From contig NC_087252.1 of assembly GCF_037042905.1 (NCBI RefSeq), forward strand, positions 7,132,001 to 7,196,000: a stretch of DNA of 64,000 nucleotides, given 5' to 3'. The translations under genes were made by a program, and so were the position numbers. Position 1 is the stretch's first letter. Each line of letters begins with the position of its first letter. The notes under the pieces were generated by a model. The model worked only from the letters and a program-made list of their open reading frames with translations. It ran no database searches and had not been told where the DNA came from. The DNA is from Lytechinus pictus (taxonomy: Eukaryota). This document shows, one piece after another, positions 51,401 to 64,000 of this stretch.

Positions 51401-52978
51401 GATTTTGCCGATAAAAGTTTGAATTTACTGAACAGTGAAAAAAGTGGGCTTAACTGCAGAATACCCCGCACATTTAATTACCTCAACGTTGGCGAGCCAA
51501 CGACCTACGATGTGAAGATTCAGAATCAATCCCCGGGGGGGCCACTTCCATTCACGAGTGGATACCATGCGCGACCGAAAAGCACCCTAAACACGTAATT
51601 TCCATATTCTGAAAATGCACCCCTTAACAAGTATTGGCGCGTGAAACCCTACCCTTAACAAGTATTGGAAACAAAACGATATACTCGATCTTGGCAAATA
51701 TTCCCTGAAATGAACCCCTAAACAAGTACAGGAATGTTTTATTGTTATGGGTCCTTCGGTCGTCGGCTTTACCTTATTTGGTTTAGTACGACCCCACTTT
51801 CTACACCTCGCGCAAATCGGACTCTAAACACGAAGTGTTGGGGCAAAATGGACATCCTTTATAAAACATTTTAATTTTGTTTTATCATTCCCGCAAATTC
51901 GACCCTAAACACGTAATTTTCCTAGCGAAATAGACACCCTTTTTTCATCATTTTTGTGTTTTGACACCCTTATCACGTTACGTACGTAACGTGCCCTATC
52001 GTGAAAAGGACATCCTTTTTACGTGTTTTTTTGGTCGCGCATGGTATCCACTCGTCAATGTAAGTGGCCCCCCCCCCCCCCCGTATGGTGGGCCGTTCCC
52101 GCCAAAACGCATGCCAAAACCATACGCGTGCAAGCCAGAACGTACGCATGGTTCTTTCATAACGTACGCGTGGATCTGTCATAACGTACGTATGGTCTTG
52201 ACAGAACGTACGTATGGACATTTTCTATTATACTTCTATGACATTCTTAACGTACGTATGGTTTTGGCATAACGTACGCGTGGTTCTGTCATTACGTACG
52301 CACGGTTCTGTCATTACGTACGCGTGGTTCCCGGTAAAATAATCAACTCATAGACCAAACCACGCGTACGTAATGACAGAACCACGCGTACGTTATGCCA
52401 AAACAACGCGTATGTAATGACGGAACCACGCGTACGTTATGCCATAACCATGCGTGCGTAATGACAGGACCACGCGTGCGTAATTCATTACATTTCAGTA
52501 CAACAGTGGTACAACCAATGAGAAAGCTTGTTGTATAATTGAACGTATGAAGCTGAATTCGATCCCGCAATTCTTTCAATTGCAACCTGCTGAGCATGCT
52601 TGCCCGTTTGGAACTGAGATTCAACGAAGCTGTTAGCAGGATGCCTTCGGATCCGCCCATGATTTTGACACATGTCCTAGCCGTTTTCTTTCTATGTGCC
52701 CTTTTTCTTTTTGTAATAGCCTATATTCCATTTCTCAGCATAATACCCTTTTCACCTCTCATAAATACCCATATTAAAAGCTGATAGGTGACCCTTTTCC
52801 TTTGACAAGTGTCCCTTTCAGTTATTCGCAACAAGAGCCCCTTCTATTCCTTTGAAATGAGTACCCCTTTTCCATTCTGATAAGTGTGCCTTTTCATGCT
52901 TGGGGAGGGCCCCTTTTCAAACTACCTTTCCACCTTTGATAATAGTGCCTCATTAGCTCTTAAAATTGCCCCTTATCA

Positions 52979-54330
52979 CAGTGGCGTAGCTACGGGGGGG
53001 GGGCCTGGGGGCACGTGCCCCCCTGAGATTTGGTGTGCCCCCCCCCCCAGGTGCCCCCTAAAAAAAATTGGCAGAGCAACAAAAAAGGGAGAAAGAAGAA
53101 AAGGAAAAAGGAGAAAGACAGAAGAGGAAAATAAGAGGAGGAAGACGAGTGAATAAAATGATGTGAGGGGAAGACTTGCAAAAAAATATATATTTCATGT
53201 TACTATATAAAATTTGATTGCGCTTCGAGCCAGAATTGCCTGGTCGATGAGATTCATATCTTGCTCAATAGGCTGATATAGAGCAAGTTTTGAAGTCAAT
53301 ATACAAAACATATTTTAGCTCGGACATTGAGCTTTCATTTTTTTCATTTTTTATTTTTTTCATTTACAAATTTAAGTGCTCTGTAAAATGTCCGTTTTAT
53401 GGTCGACATATCAGCATTTTAAGCTCACGCTGCGTGGTCACATTGTTTGATTTGCCAAGTTCCTATTGTCTACGTGTATTCCATAATGTTCCATTAAACA
53501 AGTGTATTCAGAATGCCCAGATTCTAGGTCTAAATCTAAAATATGCGCGATAGCCGGCATGTTCTTTATTTAAAATGTACTTAAATTATCCAGTTTCACA
53601 TCAGAATATCAACAATTGTCTGCTCACGCTTCACGATCGCATTATTAATGATACCCAATTAACTATATTCTATCTATGATTTATAAAATATGAATAGAGT
53701 GTCCCGCTTTTAGGTCTAAAATCTCATTTTTCTTCCTTTTGCGCTTCGCGCTCGCATCAATTGTTTGGTTACATACCTATCCCATTTATTGATACAAAAA
53801 GTGCTTAGAATGACCATTTTTAGGTCGGAATGTCAAAACAAATTTGCTCCCGCTTCGCGCTCCCATTATTGAAATATATACCGTCTTCGTGGGTAACTGT
53901 AAGCAGTCCTTTAAATAACAGGTCCCTTTTCGATAATGCTAGAACAGTTAATAGAAATGTCTGCTCGCGCTTGGCGTTCGCAGTAATCATCTAGTTACAT
54001 ACGTATCTTGTTCAGGATTATACATAACATTGCCCAGAATATTAAATTTTCAGCACAAAATACATGAAAGTTAAAAAAAAAACGCCCGCGCTTCGCGCTC
54101 GCACTTTTTATAAGGCTTATGAGATTATTTCATGTTTATGTTGTTTTATAAGAATAAAACTAAGAAGTGACTGATCGGGGAAAATATTGGTGAATATAAT
54201 TTCGGGCCCCGTCCCCTATTGGCGAAAGTCGGATCCGCCCTTGTGACACACACCGGAAAAAATGGTGCCCCCCTGAAAAAGCAAGGACCCCCCAGTGCCC
54301 CCCAGGAAAAAAATCCTAGCTACGCCACTG
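52979..54330 (+). mobile_element. hAT-type non-autonomous element, copy Z1
   Basis: CAGTGGCGTAGCTA...TAGCTACGCCACTG; TSD CCTTATCA / CCTTGTCA. Confidence 0.88.
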
Positions 54331-55412
54331 CCTTGTCATCTCTTATGACTCGTGATGAGTGCCCCTTTTCACCTCTGATAAGTGACCTATTTTGACCTGT
54401 GCCCCTTTCCCCTTTTCCTCTCTAATTAATACCCTTATTCCTTCTGATAAATATATTACCTTTTCCTTTATTATGATACAATGTACTTGTAGTCGTGGCC
54501 ACGCACACGGAGAGGGACAAACTACATGTAATACTCTGTACGCTGCTCTAGGTTTCACTCAAAATGAAATACTGTATTTCTTTGCAGCAAAGCATAGGGA
54601 GCTGTAACTCATAGCCCCTTCTCATAAGTGCAGGCGCGTAGCCAGGGGGGGCGGTTGCCCCCAAAAAGAAAAAAAAAGAAGGGAAAAAGAGAGGAGAAAA
54701 GGAAAAGAGAAGGGAGGAAAGGGAAGAAAGGTAGCTTTGCGGGTTTTTCTTTTTCTTTTTTTTTTCTCAAAAGAGAAACTCCTTCATTCTTGCTCTAAAT
54801 TTATATATATATGAATTTTGCTTCCGCGCTGCGCGCGGTTAAATGACAATATTGCAGTTCTCCTTTGTATCCCCTCACCCTTTCTCGAACCCTATGTTTC
54901 CACCTCAGCTATATGTGTTTCTTGCCAGTTAAAGTTCAAATGTATACATAAGGGCATGGAATTAGACATGTTTTATAGCTCCATGGAATTAGGGTAAGAT
55001 TAGTCCGAAGTATATGAAGTTCTCTTTTTTTTTCAAATTGATCGCGCAACTTCTGGTCTGGTCGACTCCGGGCGGGTAAAATCTATATATCAATTTCCGC
55101 CGTCACCTCAATATAGGCAACTTCTCCCGCTTTTCAGCTCATTACTAAACAACCATAATTTGGGGGCAAACAGGTACCTAATTCAAAAAGAGGTAGGTAT
55201 AAAATTCGTGTCGTATTAAATAAAAAAAAGTACAATTTTTTTAAATCAAATTCTATTAAACTTCATTTATATAGTGACCTACTACAATTAGCCTCCCCCT
55301 CAAACAAAATGTATAAATGGAAGAGAGGAGCGCTAGCAAAAGTTTTTCGATGTACTGACCTGACAGCATGGCATTATAGGCCTACCTTCAAACAAAATTC
55401 ATCAGTGCGAGT

Positions 55413-58400
55413 CAGTGGCGTAGCTAGGATTTTTTTTCCTGGGGGGCACAGGGGGGTCCTTGCTTTTTCAGGGGGGCACCATTTCTTCCAGTGTGTGTGT
55501 ATGTGTCACAAGGGCGGATCCGACTTTCGCTTTTTTTTTTCACATGGATCATCTACCATGAATGCTTTGAACTTGCTGAATATGATATCAGATAATGTGT
55601 ACTTTAAAAAATATAAGATTGGATCTTAATGAGTTTTTGATTGGAAACGGATCCATTGTTCGGTTGGTCGCTGTTTGCGGCCCCTCAGTGCTGGAATTGT
55701 TTTTATCCTTGATACATAAGGTGTACTTGATATATTTAATTCATCCATTATTATTTTGTACCATGCTCAATTTATTTTGTTAAATGTTTAAGCATGAAAA
55801 TAACATTATTGATGTATTATCATATATAATATGTATATTCCTGTATTGATACGATTTAGACACCCGAAGTCCCACACACACAAAACAATACATTTTTGAG
55901 ACCACATTGTAACTGTTATGTTCCCTTCAATATTAGAATTGTTCAAACATGTCTACATGCACTCTGCACAACACCCCGACACCTTCCCTTATGCTTGGTC
56001 CTTACAGGTGTCACCTACCTTTTTTATATGACCTCTAATTTAGATGAAATAGACCAAATAAATAACAGGAATGATATTCGAAATTTTAGTTATTATTCCT
56101 CCCAAGAATTTGTATCAGCTTTTGAATCAAAGGATAAGTTATTTCAGCATGATGATATACTGTGCAATAATCTCAGTCTTGTACATTTTAATTTAAGAAG
56201 TATAAGTAAAAATTTTGACTCTGTAGAAGCATTTTTAAATTCCCTAAACACGTTTTCATTTTCAATTATTGGTGTTTCTGAAACTTGGCTGAGTTCACAT
56301 TCCCCAGACATATACAATATACCTAATTATCGCATGTTACATGTTGATAGAAGAAGAGGCAGGGGAGGAGGTGTGGCAATGTATATCAACTCAAAACTAA
56401 AATACAAAGTAAGATCAGACATTTACATTAATGACATAGAAACTCTCTATATTGAAGTAGAAAACAAATTTGGTAAAAATATAATAGTAGGAACACATTA
56501 TACAGACCCCCTAATAACAACATCGGCAATTTTATTGATAATTTTGATAAAGGACTTGAGAAGATATCACGTGAAAATAAACAAATCTATATAATGGGTG
56601 ACTTCAATATTGATTTATCAGATATTTTATATAACAAACCATCTTATAATAACTCTAATAAAGTAAGGAATCATAATAGCAATAATAATGCAAACATATT
56701 TTTCAATATACTTTCCTGATATGCTTTTCATCCTTGCATCAACATACCTACTAGAAGTACGTCCATGTCAGCAACATTGATCGATAATATATTTACAAAT
56801 TCGTTTAGCAATGATAACAATTGTGGAGTTTTTACTTATGATATTACGGATCATTTGCCAATATTTTTTATTTCTTCAGAATGTGAAGTTAGTGTAAACA
56901 AAGAAAAGAGTAGGAAAACATACAGGAAAGAAAATATAAATACTATTTCAGCTTTGATTGAATATTTAACCAATGAGAATTGGGATGATGTAAATGTTGC
57001 TTATAAATTGTTTATTGATAAATTCACTCATTACTATGATAAAAATATACCACTTGTTTAAAGCAAGAAGCGTAAAAATTAAATCAGAAATCCATGGATT
57101 ACTCGAGGAATTTTACAGTCTATCAAAAAACGTAATAAACTTTATAAATCATTCATTTCTAATAGATCTGAACATAATTTTATCAAGTATAAAAAGTATC
57201 GCAATACACTCACCGGCGTAATTCGATCTTCGAAAAAAATATATTATTCAAAAGAAATAAAAAACGCAGAAGGGAATTTGAATGCAACTTGGAATTTCAT
57301 AAACAAATTAATAAACAAAAGTAAACCCCATGATAAAATTGAAAAACTTGAAGTTAAAAATGAATTATTTACTGAACCTTTTGAAATTGCTCAAGCGTTT
57401 AATCTTATTTTCACGGGCATTGGTCCTGACCTGGCTTCAAAAATACAAAGTGATGGTAAGAATTTTACTGAGTATCTCTCCGAGCCCAACTCAAATACAA
57501 TGTGTTTTATTCCAACAGATCAACATGAAATACTTAAGATAGTTGAAACCTTATCATCTAAAAAATCTAAAGGATATGACGGAATCAGCACAAAACTTTT
57601 AAAGCATGTAACATATAGCATTGTCTTTCCACTAGAACATATCTTTAACCTATCTCTCTCTACTGGCTGTTGTCCCAATATATTAAAAATAGCAAAAGTA
57701 GTCCCGGTTTACAAAAAAGATGACCCGACTAAAGTTACAAATTATTGTCCTATATCACTTTTACCATGTTTGTCAAAAATATTAGAAAAAATTGTGTACA
57801 AACGATTGGATTCATTTTTGTCATTAAATGAAATTCTTACACCCGCCCAATTCGGCTTTAGAAAAAAATTCTCAACCGATTTTGCAATAACTAAATTACT
57901 TGATAATGTTGTTAAATCTCTTTTAAAAAAAAAGTCATATAATCGCTTTATTTATGGACCTAAGTTAAGCCTTCGACACCATTGGCCATCAAACTTTATT
58001 ACATAAATTATATAATTACGGAATACGTGGAGTTGCCTGGTCATGGATTAAAAAGTTATCTTTCAAATCGACAACAATTCGTCTCTATTAATGATATTAG
58101 ATCTCCGTTGTCCTTTCTTAATTGTGGAGTGCCATTTGGGGACCACTTCTGTTTTTAATATATATCAATGATATAGTAAATTCTTCTCAAATTCTTTCGT
58201 TTATTTTATATGCTGACGACACCAACATCTTATTATCTCACAGAAATGTAGATGAATTGATTTATATAATGAATTTGGAATTTAAAAAATTTTCTTCCTG
58301 GTTTAAATGTAACAAGTTATCGTTAAACATAAGTAAAACTCATTTTGTTCATTTTCAAACTACTCATAAGAATGACGATTTTCCCTAAGACATTATAATT

Positions 58401-60623
58401 GATAATGAGCCCATAGATAAGAAAGATTATGTTAAATTTCTTGGTACTACAATAGACAAACATTTATCATGGAACCAACACGTAAGCAATATATCCTCAT
58501 CAATGGCTAAAGGAACTGGAATATTATACAAATTAAAGTATTTTTTGCCAGAGCATTCCCTTTTAATGATATACAATGCATTGGTACCACCATATATTAA
58601 TTATTGTAACATTTTTTGGGGAAACTGTAGTAAAACTAACCTTAAACATTTACTTTTATTACAAAAGAAAAGTGTTAGGATCTGCACAAAATCAACATAT
58701 CTTTCACACACTGATCCACTTTTTTATCGTCTAAAAACGTATAAGATATATGATATAGATACTATACAAATAGCTATTTTTATGTATAAATATCATTACA
58801 AACTGCTTCCTCCTGTGTTTACAGATTTCTTGTCATATAATAGCAACTTACATTCATACCCAACACGGACATGTCAGAATATTCACTTAGACAATCCAAG
58901 AACACTATTAGCACATAAAACACTAGACATCATGGGCCTGACATATGGAATACATTGCCAGATTCACTCAAACAGTTAAGATTCATTTCTCCCTTTAAAA
59001 AAGGTATTAAAACATTATTATTGAATAGATATTCACAGAGTTAATCTTAAAATTGCTCTTTCTCTTGATCTAATGAAACACATAATTTCCAAAACAAGAA
59101 AATAAAAAACAACCAAGAATCAAAATAAAAAATACATTGTGAGGACCAAGCGCCCCCTGCCCGTCATTTCGCACCTGCACCCTTACGTTAAGATATGTTG
59201 GATGAATAATAATTATTGTTTTCTGGGGTTGCCACGCAGTCAAGCTTAGCTTATAGTGGCAACCCCTGCGGCCTTCTAAAAATCGATATGTATTATTAGA
59301 AAATGCAATTATGTTCAATGTTTTGCTTGTCAGTTATACGTATATTATAATTGTATTTTCTTTGTTCATGTGTTTATGAAAAAGTGTTGCAGAAACCAAT
59401 AAATGAAATTAAATGAAAAAATAGGGGACCGGGCCCGAAATAATCTTCACCTATATTTTCCCCGATCAGTCACTTCTTAGTTTTATTCCTATAAAACAAC
59501 ATAACATGAAATAATCTCATAAGCCTCATGAAAAGCGCGAGCGTTTTTTTTTTTACTTTCATGTATTTTGTCCTGAAAATGTGATATTGTGGGAAATGTT
59601 ATGTGTGATCCTGAACAAGATTCGTATGCAACTAGATGGTTACTGCGAACGCCAAGCGCGAGCAGAAATTTTTATTTACCGTTCTAGCATTATCGAAAAG
59701 GGACCTATTAAGGACTGCTTACAGTTACCCACAAAGACGGTATATATGTCAATAATGCGAGCGCGAAGCGCGAGCAAATTTTTTTTGAAATTCCGACCTA
59801 AAAAATGGTAATTCTAGGCACTTTTTGTATTAATAAATGGGATAGGTATGTAACTAAACAATTGGTGCGAGCGCGAAGCGCGAGAGGAAGAAAATTGAGA
59901 TTTTAGACTTAAAAGCGGGACACTCTATTTATATTTTGTAAATCATAAATAGGATATAGTTAATTGGGTATCATTAATAATGCGATCGTGAAACGTGAGC
60001 AGACAATTATTGATATTCTGATGTGAAACTGGATAATTTAAGTACAATTTAAAAAAGAGCATGCTGGCTATCGCGCATGTTTTAGGTTTAGACCTAGAAT
60101 CTGAGCATTCTGAATACATTTGTTTAATGGAACATTATGGAATACACGTAGAGAATAAGAACTTGGCAAATCAAACAATGTGACCATGCAGCATGAGCTT
60201 AAAATGCTGTAGACCATAAAACGGACATTTTACAGAGCACTTAAATTTGTAAATGAAAAAAAATTATGAAAGCAAGATGTTCGAGCTAAAATATGTTTTG
60301 TATATTGACTTCAAAACTTGCACCATATCAGCCTATTGAGCAAGATATGAATCTCATCGAACAGGCAATTCTGGCGCCAAGCGCAAGCAAAAAAATTTAT
60401 AGTAACATTTTTTTTTGCAAGTCTTCCCCTCACATAATTTCATTCACTGGTCTTCCTCCTCTTATTTTCCTCTTCTTTTTTTCTTCTGTCTTTCTTCTTA
60501 TTTTCCCTTTTTTTTGGCTCTGCCAATTTTTTTCAGGGGGGGCACCTACCTGGGGGGCACACCAAATCTCAGGGGGGCACGTGCCCCCCAGGCCCCCCCC
60601 CCCCCCCCGTAGCTACGCCACTG
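55413..60623 (-). mobile_element. hAT-type element, copy Z2 (inverted relative to Z1), split by a LINE
   Basis: Perfect TSD GTGCGAGT at 55405-55412 and 60624-60631; 55413-55530 plus 59419-60623 together match the reverse complement of Z1. Confidence 0.9.
55531..59419 (+). mobile_element. Decayed CR1/L2-group LINE; ORF2 about 56028-59044 (APE + RT) with frameshifts and stops
   Basis: HFNLRSI, GVSETWL, RGGGVAMY, MGDFNID, TLIDNIFTN, TDHLPIF, YCPISLL, QFGFRK, PLLFLIYIND, YADD; 3' UTR hairpin 59225-59266; AAATG-type tail. Confidence 0.95.
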
Positions 60624-63600
60624 GTGCGAGTGCGAAGCGCGTGCGAAATATTTTTTGGACCTAAAAACAAGCCATTTCAAGCTCTTTATTTCTTTAAATA
60701 CCTTTAAAAAACATTACTAAGTAATCAATACCCCCTACATTAAAACATTCAACTAATTTGTTTCTACATTGTGACCTGAAAAAAAAATTATTAGCCACCT
60801 TTTTGTATCTGAATCCTCACAACCGCGTAGACAGGATTTAATTTTGGAGGGGGCGGTAAGTGCACGCCAAGCGTGCCAACAGTTACCGAGCGCGCAAACC
60901 GCGCTCCGTAGGGGGGAGGGTGCAGGGAGGGGGGGAGTTTCCCCCCTCCCGCGCGGAGCGCGAAGTATTTGATATCTCATCAAATTTGAATCAAAAGAAG
61001 ACGTCTCTTGCGTCTCTTATACCCTTATCAACTCGAATTAATTTGACTTGCTGTGATTAAAAATAAAACCTGTTTTCAAAAGATGAGCGCCCTCAAAATG
61101 GGAAAAGATTGAGAAATTCAAAATCATTCCCCTTAACGCGCGAAGCGCGAAAGCTAAGACGTTTTATAAAAAGAAATTGAGAACAGAAGTGGTATAAAAT
61201 GCCTACCTTAGTCACATCAGATTTTATTGTAAAAAGCTTTAGCCACATTAATTTCTTTAACTCGCAAAACATAGTAGATGCAGATATATGCAGGGAGGAA
61301 ATATTTTTTCCCGCGAATGGCTTGAAGCTCTGAATTTTTGAAATTTCTTTGAAACTTTAACCTGCTCTAATTTTGATATTTCTATAAATAATACGAAGAA
61401 AAATGTAGCTCAAAATGTGAAAGGGATGATGCCCGGATGATCCAAGTTTGAAGAGGGACTTTTCCTTTCCCATGCAAGCGAAGCATGGAAACTTCTGTGA
61501 GTTATTTTGGAAGAAAAAAATTGTGTAATTTCGCTCATAATATTAAGCGCTTCCTTTTGTATGATTAAGAAACTTCTGTGATATTCAAAATTTCAAATCA
61601 ATGGCGCAAAGCAGGACAGGAGATGGATGTGCAGCGATATAAATTTAGAATAAAATTTAATCGTACCAACGTTTGCATATAGCACGGCACGAATTCAATG
61701 CTCCCCCTTTGAGAAGATACTTTGCCAAAAAATTGCTTGCTGAAAAGCGGAAGAAATAGCATTTGGGGACTTCGGGATCGAGTGACGGTATAAAAGTTTA
61801 CCCGCTCTGAACAGAAGAGCCGAAATTTTGTGTCAGTGCAATTAAAAAAATAGTTCTCATACTCTTTAGACCCATGTGTACTTTATAATTTCTGGCAAGA
61901 ATGTGATTCCCATGGCCGGGAAGGAGAAAAACGGAGTAGAAAAAAAGGTGTGAGAAACAAAGGGGAGAGGCAATTTTGATATTTTCACGCGCGGAGCGCG
62001 GAAGCAAAATTTTGTATGAAGAGAGAGAAGAACATCTCGTTTAGGTCTTTATTCTTTTGACAAAAAGAAAGAAAAAATAAAACAATAAAGCTATACCTTT
62101 CTTCCCTTTTCTCCCTTCGCTTTTTCTTTTTCTCCCTTTTCCCCTTCTTAATTCTTTCTTTTTGGGGGCGTTTTTTATGGGGGGGCGACCGCCCCCACCG
62201 CCCCCCTGGCTACGCGCCTGAATCCTCATATCAGTGATAAAAAAAAAATGATATAATCGTGAGAGCGTGAAGCACGAGCTGATTTTTCCCTCTACAATGA
62301 CAGGAAGCTCTTCAAAATTTCTGTCGGCAAATGCGTCACTCTTTTCCTCGATCCTTTCCTTTGTCTTCTTCTTTCCTTTTCCTTGGTTATAACATGGAAT
62401 GGGCATGCATATGTATGCATGCATATATATGCAAGCGCACACTCGATCGGACCCATTGCTATACCCCGCATATAATTATATATTACGAGAAATTTGATTG
62501 GCCGTTCCAACATCTGTGTTAAAAGATACGAACCGTTGCGTACGTTATGACACAACCATACGTACGTTATGACACAACCATGCGTACGTTATGACAGAAC
62601 CACGCGTACGTTATGACAGAACCACGCGTACGTTATGACTATACGACGCGTACGTAATGACTATATTAAGCATGCGTAATGACAGAACCACGCGTACGCA
62701 ATGACAGAACCACGCGTACGTAATGACAGAACCACGCGTACGTAATGACAGAACCACGCGTACGTTATGCCAAAACCATACGTACGTTAAGAATGTCATA
62801 GAAGTATAATAGAAAATGTCCATACGTACGTTCTGTCAAGACCATACGTACGTTATGACAGATCCACGCGTACGTTATGAAAGAACCATGCGTACGTTCT
62901 GGCTTGCACGCGTATGGTTTTGGCATGCGTTTTGGCGGGAACGGCCCACCATACCCCCGGGAATCAATCTCGACGTGATCCTGAAGATTCGATACGGCCC
63001 GTGCTTCCGAGCCATACGAATACACGCATGCTTGTACTCTCGCGCGCATATACCGTTGGCGAGCCAACGACCTACGATGTGCCTACTATGTGCACAACAT
63101 ATAGGCCCTCCGCCGCATAAATTTAGTACATATTTTAGAATTTTCGTATCGTTTTTTTTCCTGTCGGCGTTGGGAGAAGAATAAAGGTAAAGAAGAGGAA
63201 TGGGAAGGTGGACTGGAAGAAGAAGAGAACAAGAAGAATATAATGTAAAAGTAACAAAACAATAACTCGGAGTTAAAAAAAAAATGATGAACCATCACAC
63301 AACAGCACACAACATTCACAGTGCTTCACAATAAATATTTCACTTCTGTTCATACATGCAATAAATATTGTGGAAAACAAATAAAAGGCGTACCCATATT
63401 CAAATACCGTTTAAAAGGACAAATATATTATACCTTTCGAGAAAAATCAGCACGTTAAATATCTGATAATAAAACATAATTATGGGGCACTGCAAGAAAC
63501 TTATGTTCAATTGCAAATCAAGCGTAAGTCTTAAATTCAAATTCAAGCGTAATAAGGTCGAGTTGCAATCGCAATTCAACTACATGTTTATCAAAGGACT

Positions 63601-64000
63601 TACCCTTGATTTGGGACGTGTGATTGAGTATAACATCTCTCGCAAAATGCCCTAGTAACATTAAAATTGTTCTTTCGTTTTAAATTGTGTGTTATTATTT
63701 TTGACAAGCTGTATTCCTGTCAAGTCAAATTTCTTAATTCTCTCCAAAACTGTGCTCAAAATTGTTTCCAAGATTGATAAAGAAAATTTTTCTTTTGTAT
63801 CATTATCAGTCCACAACTTGCAAACCGTAGGTCCTGGAAAGAGTGAAGAAAAAAATGGCTATATCCAAATCATAGTAAAAGGACATGATGGAATCTCCCA
63901 GATTGAGGTAGCAAGCAGAGACCAGAAGTCACCAGAGTCAGCAAGTGTGCAGATCTGTGTGTAGAAGAGAGAAAAAAAGAAATAGTTTAAATAATCAAAT

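Larger units (their letters stand above)
36996..51409. mobile_element. 14.4-kb composite foldback element (Merlin-like termini). Arms about 36996-39345 and about 43445-45630 plus 51384-51409
   Basis: TSD GATAAAAG at 36988-36995 and 51410-51417; termini GGCATACTCGTGAT / ATCACGATTTTGCC; arms of 2.2-2.3 kb are highly similar in inverted orientation. Confidence 0.88.
54631..62220. mobile_element. Pair of hAT-type termini (one element or two half-elements)
   Basis: CAGGCGCGTAGCCAGGGGGG at 54631 and its reverse complement ending at 62220. Flanks CATAAGTG / AATCCTCA do not match. Confidence 0.5.
52084..62953. mobile_element. 10.9-kb non-autonomous element with TATGG...CCATA termini and 6-bp TSD (IS3EU-like)
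   Basis: 52084-about 52330 mirrors about 62700-62953; subterminal 22-bp tandem repeats GTACGT(A/T)ATGACAGAACCACGC; flanks CCCCCG / CCCCCG. Confidence 0.75.
51532..62961. mobile_element. CCCGG-terminal MITE, copy 2 (family X); body 51532-52083, last bases displaced to 62954-62961 by an insertion
   Basis: Near-identical to 32957-33542; TSD AATCAATC at 51524-51531 and 62962-62969. Confidence 0.82.

Noticed and set aside
20094..51474. One huge Kolobok element ending ...CCCCGCACAT|TTAA near 51474
   Set aside because: The right end is plausible, but the candidate left end near 20094 matches too poorly.
63689..63964. Terminal ORF, or a minus-strand exon starting near 63954, as the missing kinase exon
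   Set aside because: A good acceptor exists, but all three frames stop within about 32 codons and show no kinase motifs.

Overview
AT-rich animal genomic DNA, most likely sea urchin or another echinoderm. That is inferred from the repeat families, not proven. The window is mostly transposable elements. The only clear host gene is the 3' half of a minus-strand receptor-tyrosine-kinase-like gene (5 exons, 1822-4698) whose catalytic loop reads HGALCAHN, so it is a predicted pseudokinase. Coding mobile DNA: (1) a CR1/L2-group LINE with a PHD+APE ORF2 at the left edge; (2) a spliced plus-strand gene (5233-13367) resembling the SAMD3-like accessory ORF of animal CACTA/EnSpm elements; (3) a pol-less LTR element (20560-25957) that keeps a GGGAAAC + pseudoknot -1 frameshift signal leading into an unrecognised acidic ORF with LIDL repeats; (4) a young, intact CsRn1-clade Gypsy element (26059-31829); (5) a decayed CR1/L2 LINE (about 55530-59419). 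The rest is non-autonomous DNA transposons delimited by terminal inverted repeats (TIRs) and target-site duplications (TSDs): Kolobok-, piggyBac-, Tc1-, hAT-, P-, Merlin-, MULE-, IS3EU- and Helentron-like. They include a 14.4-kb foldback with about 2.3-kb arms and a nest up to five levels deep. Superfamily calls rest on termini and TSD length only. All coordinates were read by eye.
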